DNA of 55,390 bases from a virus (Duplodnaviria > Caudoviricetes). The first letter of the stretch is position 1, and every line of letters starts with the position of its first letter. Shown here piece after piece: positions 28,662 to 37,099 of the stretch. A program made the translations under genes and the position numbers. The notes below the pieces were generated by a model, which saw only the letters and a list, made by a program, of their open reading frames with translations, did no database searches and had not been told where the DNA came from. The stretch spans positions 1 through 55,390 of IMG/VR virus record IMGVR_UViG_3300030329_001437; one strand, 5' to 3'.

Positions 28662-30498
28662 AAGTGATTGGGCAGCTCCTGAGACGCTACCTTCGTTTAC
28701 ACCTACTGAGACGATTGCAATAGACCTTGAGACATACGACCCTGATTTATCGAAGACAGGACCAGGATGGGCCACAGGAAAAGGGCATACTGTAGGGATT
28801 GCGATAGCTACTAAAACGTGGTCAGGTTATCTGCCCATACGACACGAGGGCGGTGGTAATTTAGAAGAGGAACTTGTCTTACGTTGGCTCAAAAACACAC
28901 TCGAAAACCATAAAGGCACACTCGTTTTCCACAATGCACTTTACGATGTAGGCTGGCTCAAGCGAGAAGGGATCGACATAAAGTGTTCTATCAGAGACAC
29001 GATGTTCGCGGCCCCTTTGTTAGACGAAAATAGAAGATCATATTCGCTAAACAATTTAGGCAAGGATTTATTAGCGGAAGAAAAAGACGAAACGCTACTC
29101 GAGATGGCAGCAAAAGCGTGGGGAGTAAACGCGAAGAGTGGTATGTGGGCATTGCCTGCTAAATATGTTGGGCCATACGCTGAACAAGACGCAGTTCTAA
29201 CATTTAAACTGTGGGAGATATTTAAAAAGAAGATCGAAGCCGAAGGACTACAGAAGATTTTTGATCTTGAGTGTGATCTTATTCCTCTGCTAATCGAGAT
29301 GCGTTGGAGAGGAGTGAGGATCGATCTAGACCGAGCACATCAGGTATCAGAAGAACTCTCTAAAAAAGAGCAGCAGCTTCTGGTTGAGTTTAAGAGAAAG
29401 TTTGGCTCCACTGTTGAGATCTGGTCTAACGCTTCGATACAAAAAGCCTTTGATAACAATGACATATGGTATCCTCACACACAAAAAGGGATGCCTAGTT
29501 TCCAAGCTAACTGGCTCGAGAATCACGATCATGAACTACCGAAGATGCTGGTCGCTGCTCGAAAACTAAACAAAGCTCGGACTACGTTTATCGACGGAAT
29601 GATTTTAGAACACTGTTCAGACGGTAGGATTCATGCTGAAGCTCATCCACTGCGTAACGATGGAGGAGGAACGGTCACAGGTAGATTTAGTTACTCGAAT
29701 CCAAACTTACAGCAAGTTCCTGCTAGAGATCCTGAGATCGGTAAGATGATTCGATCCCTGTTCATTCCAGAGGAAGGCGCACATTGGGGGGTGTTCGATT
29801 ACTCTCAGCAAGAACCTAGAATCACAGTACATTACGCATCACTGCTCGGACTTACAGGGGCAAACGAAGCAGTAGAAGCCTACTCTAGCCAAGATGCAGA
29901 CTTTCATCAGATCGTAGCAGACATGGCTGACATTCCTCGGAAACAAGCTAAAAATATCAACCTCGGACTAACCTATGGCATGGGAAGAGAGAAATTAATT
30001 AAAGAGTTGGGGTTAGAACAAGACGAAGCGGAGGATTTGTTAGAAGTATACCACGCAAGAGTTCCTTTCATTAGAGGGATACAGGACAGATGCACTCGGA
30101 TAGCGCAAGAACGAGGGTATATAACGACTCTCGGAGGCAGGAAATGTCATTTCGACCTTTGGGAACCAGTCGGTTATCTATCTGACGAAAAACGAACACC
30201 TTTACCTAAAGAAGAAGCTATTGATCAATACGGAGACAATCTCAAACGATCGTTTACTTACAAAGCACTTAATAGATTGATCCAGGGATCAGCAGCAGAC
30301 ATGACGAAACTTGCAATGCGTGACTTGTGGAGAGAAGGACTTGTTCCACACCTACAGGTTCATGATGAACTCGACTACTCGATCGAGACAGAAGAGCAAG
30401 CTCAGCTCATTATCGACAAGATGGTGAACTGTGTTGAACTAAAAGTTCCACTAGTAGTGGATTACGAAAAAGGACAAACATGGGGCGAAGCAGAATGA
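28630..30498 (+). CDS. polA: DNA polymerase family A with 3'-5' exonuclease
   Basis: DLET, HNALYD and YAEQD exonuclease motifs; TGRFS, DYSQQEPR, KNINLGLTYG and VHDE polymerase motifs. Confidence 0.96.
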   Translation: MSRQIPLIQPESDWAAPETLPSFTPTETIAIDLETYDPDLSKTGPGWATGKGHTVGIAIATKTWSGYLPIRHEGGGNLEEELVLRWLKNTLENHKGTLVFHNALYDVGWLKREGIDIKCSIRDTMFAAPLLDENRRSYSLNNLGKDLLAEEKDETLLEMAAKAWGVNAKSGMWALPAKYVGPYAEQDAVLTFKLWEIFKKKIEAEGLQKIFDLECDLIPLLIEMRWRGVRIDLDRAHQVSEELSKKEQQLLVEFKRKFGSTVEIWSNASIQKAFDNNDIWYPHTQKGMPSFQANWLENHDHELPKMLVAARKLNKARTTFIDGMILEHCSDGRIHAEAHPLRNDGGGTVTGRFSYSNPNLQQVPARDPEIGKMIRSLFIPEEGAHWGVFDYSQQEPRITVHYASLLGLTGANEAVEAYSSQDADFHQIVADMADIPRKQAKNINLGLTYGMGREKLIKELGLEQDEAEDLLEVYHARVPFIRGIQDRCTRIAQERGYITTLGGRKCHFDLWEPVGYLSDEKRTPLPKEEAIDQYGDNLKRSFTYKALNRLIQGSAADMTKLAMRDLWREGLVPHLQVHDELDYSIETEEQAQLIIDKMVNCVELKVPLVVDYEKGQTWGEAE

Positions 30499-30701
30499 AG
30501 ATACAGAGTCTTACTCAGGAAAAAATATCTAAATTTGAAAAAAGGAATCTAGAAATTTTTCGATTATACTCAGAAGAGGGAATGACTCTGGAAGAGATCG
30601 GGAAGGATTATGGCCTGACTAAACAACGAGTGTGGCAGATTGTACAGCGTTGTTCAGAAGGTCAGGGGGACTATTATGCACAGCATCGACAGGAGAACTA
30701 A
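30495..30701 (+). CDS. Sigma70 region 4-like HTH protein
   Basis: GMTLEEIGKDYGLTKQRVWQI. Confidence 0.75.
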   Translation: MKIQSLTQEKISKFEKRNLEIFRLYSEEGMTLEEIGKDYGLTKQRVWQIVQRCSEGQGDYYAQHRQEN

Positions 30702-31090
30702 TGCCACAAGAAGCATCGCTCTGGAAGTTACTGAAAGCTAATCTTCCTAAAGAAGCCCATGTTCAAAGGATCGAGACTGGGGGGACTGCTCGAGGAGTAC
30801 CTGATGTCAACATTTGTCATGCAGGCAAAGAAGTCTGGATCGAACTGAAATCAATCAAAGGAAATAAACTAACTCTGACTGAGTTTCAGATTGTCTGGAT
30901 GCATAACAGAAGCATAAGCGGAGGCAACTGTTTTATCTTAGCAAAGAAAGATAAAGAGCTACGAGCATTTGATATTTCCGACTATGAACTAGAAGAGTTT
31001 TTAGAGGGAAAAGTGAATTGGAACAGTGATTTACGTGTGAGTCTTACTCCTCCTTACGAGTGGGAAAAACTCTTTAAATTCATTTTTTAA
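30701..31090 (+). CDS. PD-(D/E)xK nuclease (VRR-NUC or Holliday junction resolvase-like)
   Basis: GVPD...WIELK...Q..W motifs; ATG 30701 after AGGAG. Confidence 0.8.
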   Translation: MPQEASLWKLLKANLPKEAHVQRIETGGTARGVPDVNICHAGKEVWIELKSIKGNKLTLTEFQIVWMHNRSISGGNCFILAKKDKELRAFDISDYELEEFLEGKVNWNSDLRVSLTPPYEWEKLFKFIF

Positions 31091-31093
31091 TGC

Positions 31094-31151
31094 TTTACTT
31101 TCTTTTAATCGCGGTTTACGCTAATAAAAGGTAGCGCGGCATACGGCTACC
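31094..31151 (+). promoter_or_regulatory. Early promoter plus leader hairpin
   Basis: TTTACT-N17-TACGCT followed by a GGTAGC...GCTACC stem. Confidence 0.7.
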
Positions 31152-31185
31152 AAAGAAAGTAGAACTGAAACAAAGGAGGCCTATT

Positions 31186-32235
31186 ATGGCAGCAGCAGTA
31201 GAAACCATGGCGTACTCAGGTGAAGTACCGTGGCACCGCGAAGGTGTTGCAGTACAACCTGACCTAACGCCATATGAAATGATGGAAGCCGCAGGGCTTG
31301 ACTGGACTGTTACTAAACGTAACACTTGGACTTCGGCGATCCCTATGGATCAATACAAACCTGACGAAGACGGCAACATCGCGTTGCAACTTTTACCTAA
31401 CCCAGACCGCTTTGACATAGTACGCGATTCCGATAACGCCATACTTGGTAACAGCGGTAGCGACTACCAACCCATACAAAACGAGCGTATTTTTGACTTC
31501 TTCCAGAAGTTTTCTAAACACGCCGACATCACTATGGAAACGGCAGGTAGCTTAAAGAACGGCCAGAGCATATGGGGTCTTGCGCGTATTAATGACGCGT
31601 ACGAGCTTACTGGCGGCGACGAAATGAACAGCTTTGTACTGTTTCATCAACCGCACCAACCAGGATATTCTATGAATATTCGTGGCACGGAAGTTCGTGT
31701 TGTGTGCAACAACACATTGCAGATGGCAATGCGTAGCCAAGCACAAAACGAGTTTCGTATGTCACACCGTTCTGTATTTGACGAAGTACGAGAGGCCGAA
31801 GCTCTTAAAACTATGGGCGTTATACAAGAGATGCGTACCGAGTTTAAAGATGCTGTGAAGTTTCTTTCTACCAAGAAAGCTACGGAAGGTCAGGTACTTG
31901 AGTTTGTCACTAGGGTACAGCAGCCTACATTGTACAAAGAGTACGCTGAGCAACAACGGCTCAGAGAAGAAGGCAAGAAGATTGGCGAGCCTATCCTCTT
32001 ACGCGAACAGTTTAGTAAATACGCTGAACTAACGCGACGTTCACTTGAAGAATCTCCTGGAGCGCAACTGAAATCTGCCAAGGGTACTTGGTGGGGAGCA
32101 GTTAACGCGGTTACATTTATTGAAGATCACCAACGCGGTGGTGACAATAGAGTGTTTAACGCGATGTTTGGAGAAAATTCTACTCGTAAAACTAGAGCGT
32201 TGAACTTAGCTCTCGAATACGCGAGGGCAGCGTAG
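31186..32235 (+). CDS. DUF932-family protein
   Basis: PWH..G, AGLDW.V, Y.PIQN, ETAGSL..G..IW.LA, VRVVCNNTL and GTWWGAVNAVT motifs. Confidence 0.85.
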   Translation: MAAAVETMAYSGEVPWHREGVAVQPDLTPYEMMEAAGLDWTVTKRNTWTSAIPMDQYKPDEDGNIALQLLPNPDRFDIVRDSDNAILGNSGSDYQPIQNERIFDFFQKFSKHADITMETAGSLKNGQSIWGLARINDAYELTGGDEMNSFVLFHQPHQPGYSMNIRGTEVRVVCNNTLQMAMRSQAQNEFRMSHRSVFDEVREAEALKTMGVIQEMRTEFKDAVKFLSTKKATEGQVLEFVTRVQQPTLYKEYAEQQRLREEGKKIGEPILLREQFSKYAELTRRSLEESPGAQLKSAKGTWWGAVNAVTFIEDHQRGGDNRVFNAMFGENSTRKTRALNLALEYARAA

Positions 32236-32510
32236 TGGGAAGAGTTCAGAAGTTAAACAACGCAATAGTTGTGGACGAAGACACCATCAGTGAAATCTGG
32301 TGGTGTCTTAACAGGCTTTCAGACCACGAGGTTCTAGCCCTTCCACTTGAGGATTTCGAGGAGATACAGACACTTTGTCGAGCTCTCTCTCGCAACGTAG
32401 CCTTAAAAATGCGACTACAAGAATGTCAGTTATCACAAGACGTGATTTCAGCAGATCGATATTCTTTAGAAGATTTCAACAATCAGGCACTAGGAGACAA
32501 ACATGAGTGA
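32235..32510 (+). CDS. Hypothetical protein
   Basis: GTG start overlapping the upstream stop codon. Confidence 0.6.
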   Translation: MGRVQKLNNAIVVDEDTISEIWWCLNRLSDHEVLALPLEDFEEIQTLCRALSRNVALKMRLQECQLSQDVISADRYSLEDFNNQALGDKHE

Positions 32511-32865
32511 TTCAGATTTTGATTTTGATTTCGCTCTTCCCACCGATACTAGGAAGAAGAATCAGATACCGTGGGAGGAGTTTCCTCCCCCTAGATTTGA
32601 TAAAGAAACGAAGAGGCACATCTATGCTTCTAAGAGACTACTACCTGACGACACTGTTGACGAGGAAGGTAAGCCGATAGATACTGTTGGCAAACTAAAA
32701 AATCGAGTTGACCAATCGTTTAGAAACTACACAAAGAAGTTTAAGGACGATAAGGGAGACCCGCTTCTTGATGAGAATGGGAACGAAGTACTGATTCCCA
32801 AGTTTATCGCTCGAATTGTTCTTGAAGACGAAGTGAGTGTAGTTAGAGTATGGAGGGAAGAATGA
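32503..32865 (+). CDS. Hypothetical protein, possibly DNA-binding
   Basis: AGGAG RBS; ends VRVWR. Confidence 0.6.
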   Translation: MSDSDFDFDFALPTDTRKKNQIPWEEFPPPRFDKETKRHIYASKRLLPDDTVDEEGKPIDTVGKLKNRVDQSFRNYTKKFKDDKGDPLLDENGNEVLIPKFIARIVLEDEVSVVRVWREE

Positions 32866-33101
32866 AAGAAGAACGTGACATACTTGGTGAGCTTATGTCG
32901 ATGGCTGTAGAGCTTGGTACTACAGCAGAGCGACTAGACCAATACTGTGAGCAGTTAAAGGAGCTTGAAAAACGAACGTCAGATCTTTTGGCACTTATAG
33001 CAGAGAATAAACTTGAACCTGAGACAGGAAAGTTTTTCGACACTGGTAAGCCAACGAGTTCTTACGTTAATCAAGATCCCGACCTGAAGAGTAAGCATTA
33101 G
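32862..33101 (+). CDS. Hypothetical coiled-coil protein
   Basis: ATGA overlap start (MKEERD). Confidence 0.6.
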   Translation: MKEERDILGELMSMAVELGTTAERLDQYCEQLKELEKRTSDLLALIAENKLEPETGKFFDTGKPTSSYVNQDPDLKSKH

Positions 33102-33113
33102 TGTTCTTAGTGC

Positions 33114-33162
33114 TTTACTTTCGTAACGTCCTACGTTACGCTAGTTGTTCCTACTTAGTAGG
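33114..33162 (+). promoter_or_regulatory. Early promoter plus leader hairpin
   Basis: TTTACT-N17-TACGCT followed by CCTAC-TTA-GTAGG. Confidence 0.7.
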
Positions 33163-33198
33163 CAGAAAGAAGAATGGCTGATAGAAAGGAGAAACCAT

Positions 33199-33591
33199 AT
33201 GGCCTTAGCAAAGAAGGTAGCGAAAGCTACACCGAAAAAACCCGTTGTCAATAAGACAACACCGAAAGCTCCTGCTGGAGTTGTAAGTGTACCTCTACCA
33301 GAGGCACCCACTAAAGGCAGAGCTCAAAAACTGTATCGAAAGACAAACAAGTCTATCACAGAAGTCTCTAAAAAGACTCCACAGTTTCGAGCATTAGGAG
33401 TTGGTTTAGAAGATATCGAAAGTAAAGACTTCGATAGAAAATCATTTCCAATATCGCAACTTGTTAATCTCTCAGTTGAGGAGGGCCATTTAGAAATGGC
33501 CCGCACCAAAAACCCCGAGAAACAAAAGAAGCGTATTGCTAACGAATACACAAAAGATTTGATAGCAGAAGGTTTGATTGAGCTCGTGTAG
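33199..33591 (+). CDS. Basic protein with Lys/Pro/Ala-rich N-terminus, possibly DNA-binding
   Basis: ATG 33199 after AGAAAGGAG; own promoter and a downstream hairpin. Confidence 0.7.
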   Translation: MALAKKVAKATPKKPVVNKTTPKAPAGVVSVPLPEAPTKGRAQKLYRKTNKSITEVSKKTPQFRALGVGLEDIESKDFDRKSFPISQLVNLSVEEGHLEMARTKNPEKQKKRIANEYTKDLIAEGLIELV

Positions 33592-33598
33592 ACTAAAC

Positions 33599-33623
33599 GG
33601 GAGGCTTCGGCCTCCCAAGTTTT
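33599..33623 (+). terminator. Hairpin/terminator with UUCG loop
   Basis: GGGAGGC-TTCG-GCCTCCC followed by AAGTTTT. Confidence 0.6.
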
Positions 33624-33634
33624 CGGAGAATATT

Positions 33635-33799
33635 ATGAGAAAAAGCACAAGTTGTCGGATTGACGCGGTTATAGAAGCAGGGGAGAGAACGAAAAACGCC
33701 AAGATGAAAAAATACTGGGCAGACGTAGAGTCCTACCTAAGAACAGGATATTGGAGACGCGACGAAGTAGTAGGGACTCGAAGAGCAGGTCGACTATGA
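33635..33799 (+). CDS. Hypothetical protein
   Basis: ATG after GGAGA (MRKSTSC). Confidence 0.55.
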   Translation: MRKSTSCRIDAVIEAGERTKNAKMKKYWADVESYLRTGYWRRDEVVGTRRAGRL

Positions 33800-34170
33800 A
33801 AGCAAGAATAGTTGATGACGGTTCACCCGATACCATAGTCGAGTACAACGGAACAAAAAGAAGATACAGCACAGAATATAGAAACTCCTTCGATTCAGAG
33901 AAAGAGTTTCTAGACAGTGTCTTTAACGATTTTTACGACGCAGAAGGTGAGCAGTTAGACATACTCTACGAAAAGATGGAAGGCGATGCAACAATATGCC
34001 CTGAGCAGAAATGCGGAGAGTGGTTTAGTTTTGATAGACCTGACGAAAAGAAGTACAACGCGGTAGAGTGTGACAAGTGTGGATGGTTTATGTTATTAAC
34101 CAGGAAACTTCCTGAGATCCCACCGAACTTACACCGACGAATAGTAGTAGACGCGGAGACAATGTTTTAG
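33796..34170 (+). CDS. Hypothetical protein with Zn-ribbon-like Cys pairs
   Basis: CPEQKC...CDKC; ATGA overlap start. Confidence 0.6.
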   Translation: MKARIVDDGSPDTIVEYNGTKRRYSTEYRNSFDSEKEFLDSVFNDFYDAEGEQLDILYEKMEGDATICPEQKCGEWFSFDRPDEKKYNAVECDKCGWFMLLTRKLPEIPPNLHRRIVVDAETMF

Positions 34171-34253
34171 ACCGAAGCTTCCTTAGAGCTTTGTAAGCAC
34201 GTACCCGTCCGTGTGGTCGAAGACGGGCCTATTAATTCCAATGCAGGGGAAAT

Positions 34254-34562
34254 ATGGATATAGAAATTAGAAAGAATGTACCGCTTCCAGACTCACGTGA
34301 GGGAGGATCGCTTCCTCCAGGACGCAAAAAGTCTAAATTACGAGTCGCTGTTGAACAATTAGAGGTTGGTGACTCGTTTGAAATGGGACCGTATACCAGC
34401 CGTAAAGTTGCGGAAAAAATGAGAGCAAAACTTATTCGATGTATGGTGCACCACAAGCGTCGCCCTAATTCGAAAGACGTCAGACACAAAAAATTAGCCA
34501 CTCGGCTAAGACAAGATGAAGATAATGGCCAGTTTTATCTAGGGGCATGGAGAACTCGATGA
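34254..34562 (+). CDS. Small basic putative DNA-binding protein
   Basis: IEIRKNVPLP...LEVGDSF...GAWR, a pattern common in small phage proteins. Confidence 0.65.
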   Translation: MDIEIRKNVPLPDSREGGSLPPGRKKSKLRVAVEQLEVGDSFEMGPYTSRKVAEKMRAKLIRCMVHHKRRPNSKDVRHKKLATRLRQDEDNGQFYLGAWRTR

Positions 34563-34783
34563 AGAGAACAGAACAGGCGATTCGTGACTATATAGATCAG
34601 CATCAAGAGGAACTCAAACAACGAGTGATTAACATATTTATCGCAGAAATAGCAAACTCTGTGTTCTTTGCCGACCTACAAAACGTGACGATGCCCACAT
34701 GGTCGCACAAAGTACGCGACGATATAGAAGATTTAGTAAAAGAAGTTTTAGACTTTGACGAGGACCCCACGGTCTCGGCTTAG
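34559..34783 (+). CDS. Hypothetical protein
   Basis: ATGA overlap and GGAG RBS. Confidence 0.6.
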   Translation: MKRTEQAIRDYIDQHQEELKQRVINIFIAEIANSVFFADLQNVTMPTWSHKVRDDIEDLVKEVLDFDEDPTVSA

Positions 34784-34786
34784 TGC

Positions 34787-34840
34787 TTTACTCTCGGGTA
34801 GTCCCTAAGTAAAGTATAAACTGGCGCGGCCTACGGGCCG
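34787..34840 (+). promoter_or_regulatory. Early promoter plus UACG-loop hairpin
   Basis: TTTACT-N17-TAAAGT followed by CGGCC-TACG-GGCCG. Confidence 0.7.
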
Positions 34841-34866
34841 TAGATTGAAACAGAAAGGAGAAAGTA

Positions 34867-35358
34867 ATGGAACGATTCCACGGAAGCGACTTCGAACACA
34901 GTGTTCTTCGACGTTATTACGAAGAAAAATGTGAGTTCTCGTCGATACACACAGGCTACATGATTAACTATCAGATAAGCTCTTACGAAACAGTGAGCAG
35001 TTACATTCGTAACGACTTCCGAGAAGAAGCGCAGCATATCATGGTAGGTATGCATCTCGAAGCTATGTTTCATAGCATTGTCGGACAGTACGACCCGTTA
35101 GAAAGATGTAAGTATTTATTAGATGACGAGAACTACGTCATTTCATTACTTGCTCGAATACGACATTTTGTTGACTGGCTTCACGAAAAGTGTTCAGAAG
35201 ACCACATTTACCTAGAGAAGTATAAAACGCATGAGCAGGAAGTACTTGAAAAGCTCAAGCAGTTGTACATTTTTGATTTGATTTTCGAAGACCAGGATAA
35301 GAGTGTCTCTGACTATCGTGAAAATAACTACAGAGCAGGACCAGAATATGCCCAGTAG
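34867..35358 (+). CDS. Hypothetical protein
   Basis: 163 aa with AGAAAGGAG RBS. Confidence 0.7.
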   Translation: MERFHGSDFEHSVLRRYYEEKCEFSSIHTGYMINYQISSYETVSSYIRNDFREEAQHIMVGMHLEAMFHSIVGQYDPLERCKYLLDDENYVISLLARIRHFVDWLHEKCSEDHIYLEKYKTHEQEVLEKLKQLYIFDLIFEDQDKSVSDYRENNYRAGPEYAQ

Positions 35359-35590
35359 ATACAAGATGCTACCGAACAGAAAAAAGCCTGAACCACCGTT
35401 CAGGCCACTGCAACGCAGTACACAACCTGATTGGCAGTTACGAGCCGACTACCCTTCGCGTGAGCCTACGACTCACGCTACAGGGAAAGTCGAATCACGA
35501 CCGATTGCGAATGCGACGATTGCACCTGCGTACAACAAAGGTGCATATCAGGTTATTCCTGAGTCAGATGTCAAACATATAGGACGATAA
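35348..35590 (+). CDS. Hypothetical phage protein
   Basis: Start MPSRYK; C-terminal IAPAYNKGAYQVI motif. Confidence 0.65.
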   Translation: MPSRYKMLPNRKKPEPPFRPLQRSTQPDWQLRADYPSREPTTHATGKVESRPIANATIAPAYNKGAYQVIPESDVKHIGR

Positions 35591-35591
35591 T

Positions 35592-35813
35592 ATGGATATA
35601 AAAGAAGCATTACGGATTGTGATAGAACACGTAAGAGTTAACGGTGACGAGGATGTCGAAAAAGCAATCACCACGGTAGAGGATGCACTGAAACTTCTAC
35701 CAGTAATTAGCCACGGTGAGGGACAGCCGTTCCACTACGTTGACGAATATGACGACGAATTACACCCCGAGTGGGTTCGACGTAAAACTCTACACTCTAA
35801 CCAACAACAATAG
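35592..35813 (+). CDS. Hypothetical protein
   Basis: 73-aa ORF with AGGA RBS. Confidence 0.6.
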   Translation: MDIKEALRIVIEHVRVNGDEDVEKAITTVEDALKLLPVISHGEGQPFHYVDEYDDELHPEWVRRKTLHSNQQQ

Positions 35814-35820
35814 AAGGAAA

Positions 35821-36096
35821 ATGAAAATGGAAGAAGATCCTAACGGAAGATTTTTAGAACCAGTAGAACTGGAAAAATGCGTAATTTGTAAAGGTGGAAT
35901 CGAGCCTCACCGCAACAAAGAGGGCAAGATTATTTGGACTCACGGGCACCATGCCTTTCCAGTAGCGGAAGGACAGTGTTGTGACGACTGTCATAACACT
36001 TATGTTCTACCGAAAAGGTACGGTGATTCCAAAGCTCGATTTAAAGAGATACTAGTGTCACCTGATGCTCTTGTTATAGACTCAGACACATTGTAA
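35821..36096 (+). CDS. Small Zn-finger-like protein
   Basis: CVIC...CCDDC; ATG at 35821 or 35827 after AAGGA. Confidence 0.6.
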   Translation: MKMEEDPNGRFLEPVELEKCVICKGGIEPHRNKEGKIIWTHGHHAFPVAEGQCCDDCHNTYVLPKRYGDSKARFKEILVSPDALVIDSDTL

Positions 36097-36118
36097 AGAA
36101 GGATCGATGCATCATTGA

Positions 36119-36316
36119 AGCTGGCGAGTAGTAGCGTCTGTTGGGGATTCCTGCGGTTTATTCATAGCCGTTCTCACCACCTGACCACCGCAGTATGTTG
36201 GTCAAGGAGAAAAAGGAGCGATGAGGTGCGTCTGCATCGGGGAGTAGTTTTTGCGTTGCGTTTACTACTCTTGAATTTGACGTGAATCGCTCCGACTACT
36301 ACACTAGAAACCAGTT
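36119..36316 (+). ncRNA. Candidate multi-stem structured RNA
   Basis: Gene-free gap of ~245 nt with several nested complementary segments (see findings). Strand assumed from flanking genes. Confidence 0.45.
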
Positions 36317-36341
36317 CTACTCGATAACTAAAGAGGTGAAG

Positions 36342-36524
36342 ATGAGTAGCGAAGAGATAAATAAACAGATCGAAGAGTTCCTCAAGAAGGGGGGATCGAT
36401 CGAAACAGTTCCCGCAGGAGCCAGTGCAGACAGGCCGCTGAGCGAGAAGAAAAAGTTATTTGGATTGTCTAGCAGACGACCAGGATTCGACAAGGAACGA
36501 CTGATATTAACACCGAAAGAATAA
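36342..36524 (+). CDS. SutA-like RNA polymerase-binding protein
   Basis: INKQIEEFLKKGGSIETV resembles the SutA EEFLxxGGxV core; ATG 36342 after GAGGTG. Confidence 0.6.
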   Translation: MSSEEINKQIEEFLKKGGSIETVPAGASADRPLSEKKKLFGLSSRRPGFDKERLILTPKE

Positions 36525-36630
36525 TAACTACAGGTACTCATAATACAGCTGTTGGGATTGCTACTAGAGCGTTGTGACCGACCGCCATATTATCGCGAAG
36601 GGTCGTTATGTCGCCGCGTGCTTTTAGTGC

Positions 36631-36686
36631 TTTACCCTCGGGTGGTCGCGGGTTACGCTAAACGTAGCCCCGCGCCTACGGGTGCG
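36631..36686 (+). promoter_or_regulatory. Early promoter plus UACG-loop hairpin
   Basis: TTTACC-N17-TACGCT followed by CGCGCC-TACG-GGTGCG. Confidence 0.7.
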
Positions 36687-36716
36687 GATTGTTAGAAAGA
36701 TAGAAAGGAAGAATGA

Positions 36717-37088
36717 ATGAAAGAAAAGATACATTTAGTAGGAAAAGAGTTTGTTGACCATATAGTGGACGACAAATTCTGGATTTTAGAAGACCCCGAG
36801 TCTTGGCCTTGTTTAGAAACACCGAGGTTGTCAGAGGTAGCGAGACTTAATAGCGCAGAACTAGGACAGGAACCAGAAGAGTTCGTAATAGACCTAGCCA
36901 ACCATCCACAGATAACAGAAGTAGACCACTACAATTTCGGATGTATTGAGGTAGTCACTTTTAGATGGAACGACCCGCGAGATGGAGAGCTGTATTTTCC
37001 TGGAAAATACTATAAGTTCGATATCTGGAGGGGGCCAGCGACTAACTACGAAGCGAAACGCTGGACTGACCAAGACTACTCAGGATAG
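36717..37088 (+). CDS. Hypothetical protein
   Basis: 123 aa with AGAAAGGA RBS. Confidence 0.7.
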   Translation: MKEKIHLVGKEFVDHIVDDKFWILEDPESWPCLETPRLSEVARLNSAELGQEPEEFVIDLANHPQITEVDHYNFGCIEVVTFRWNDPRDGELYFPGKYYKFDIWRGPATNYEAKRWTDQDYSG

Positions 37089-37099
37089 AGAGGAAAAAT

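Noticed and set aside
28630-30498. HMO-2011-type polymerase with DnaJ insertion, or an intein
   Set aside because: No CxxCxGxG repeats; the compact 622-aa length leaves no room for an insertion.
36521-36577. Diversity-generating retroelement template for the tail fibre
   Set aside because: No reverse transcriptase in the window, the segment is short, and no adenine-specific mismatch pair was found.
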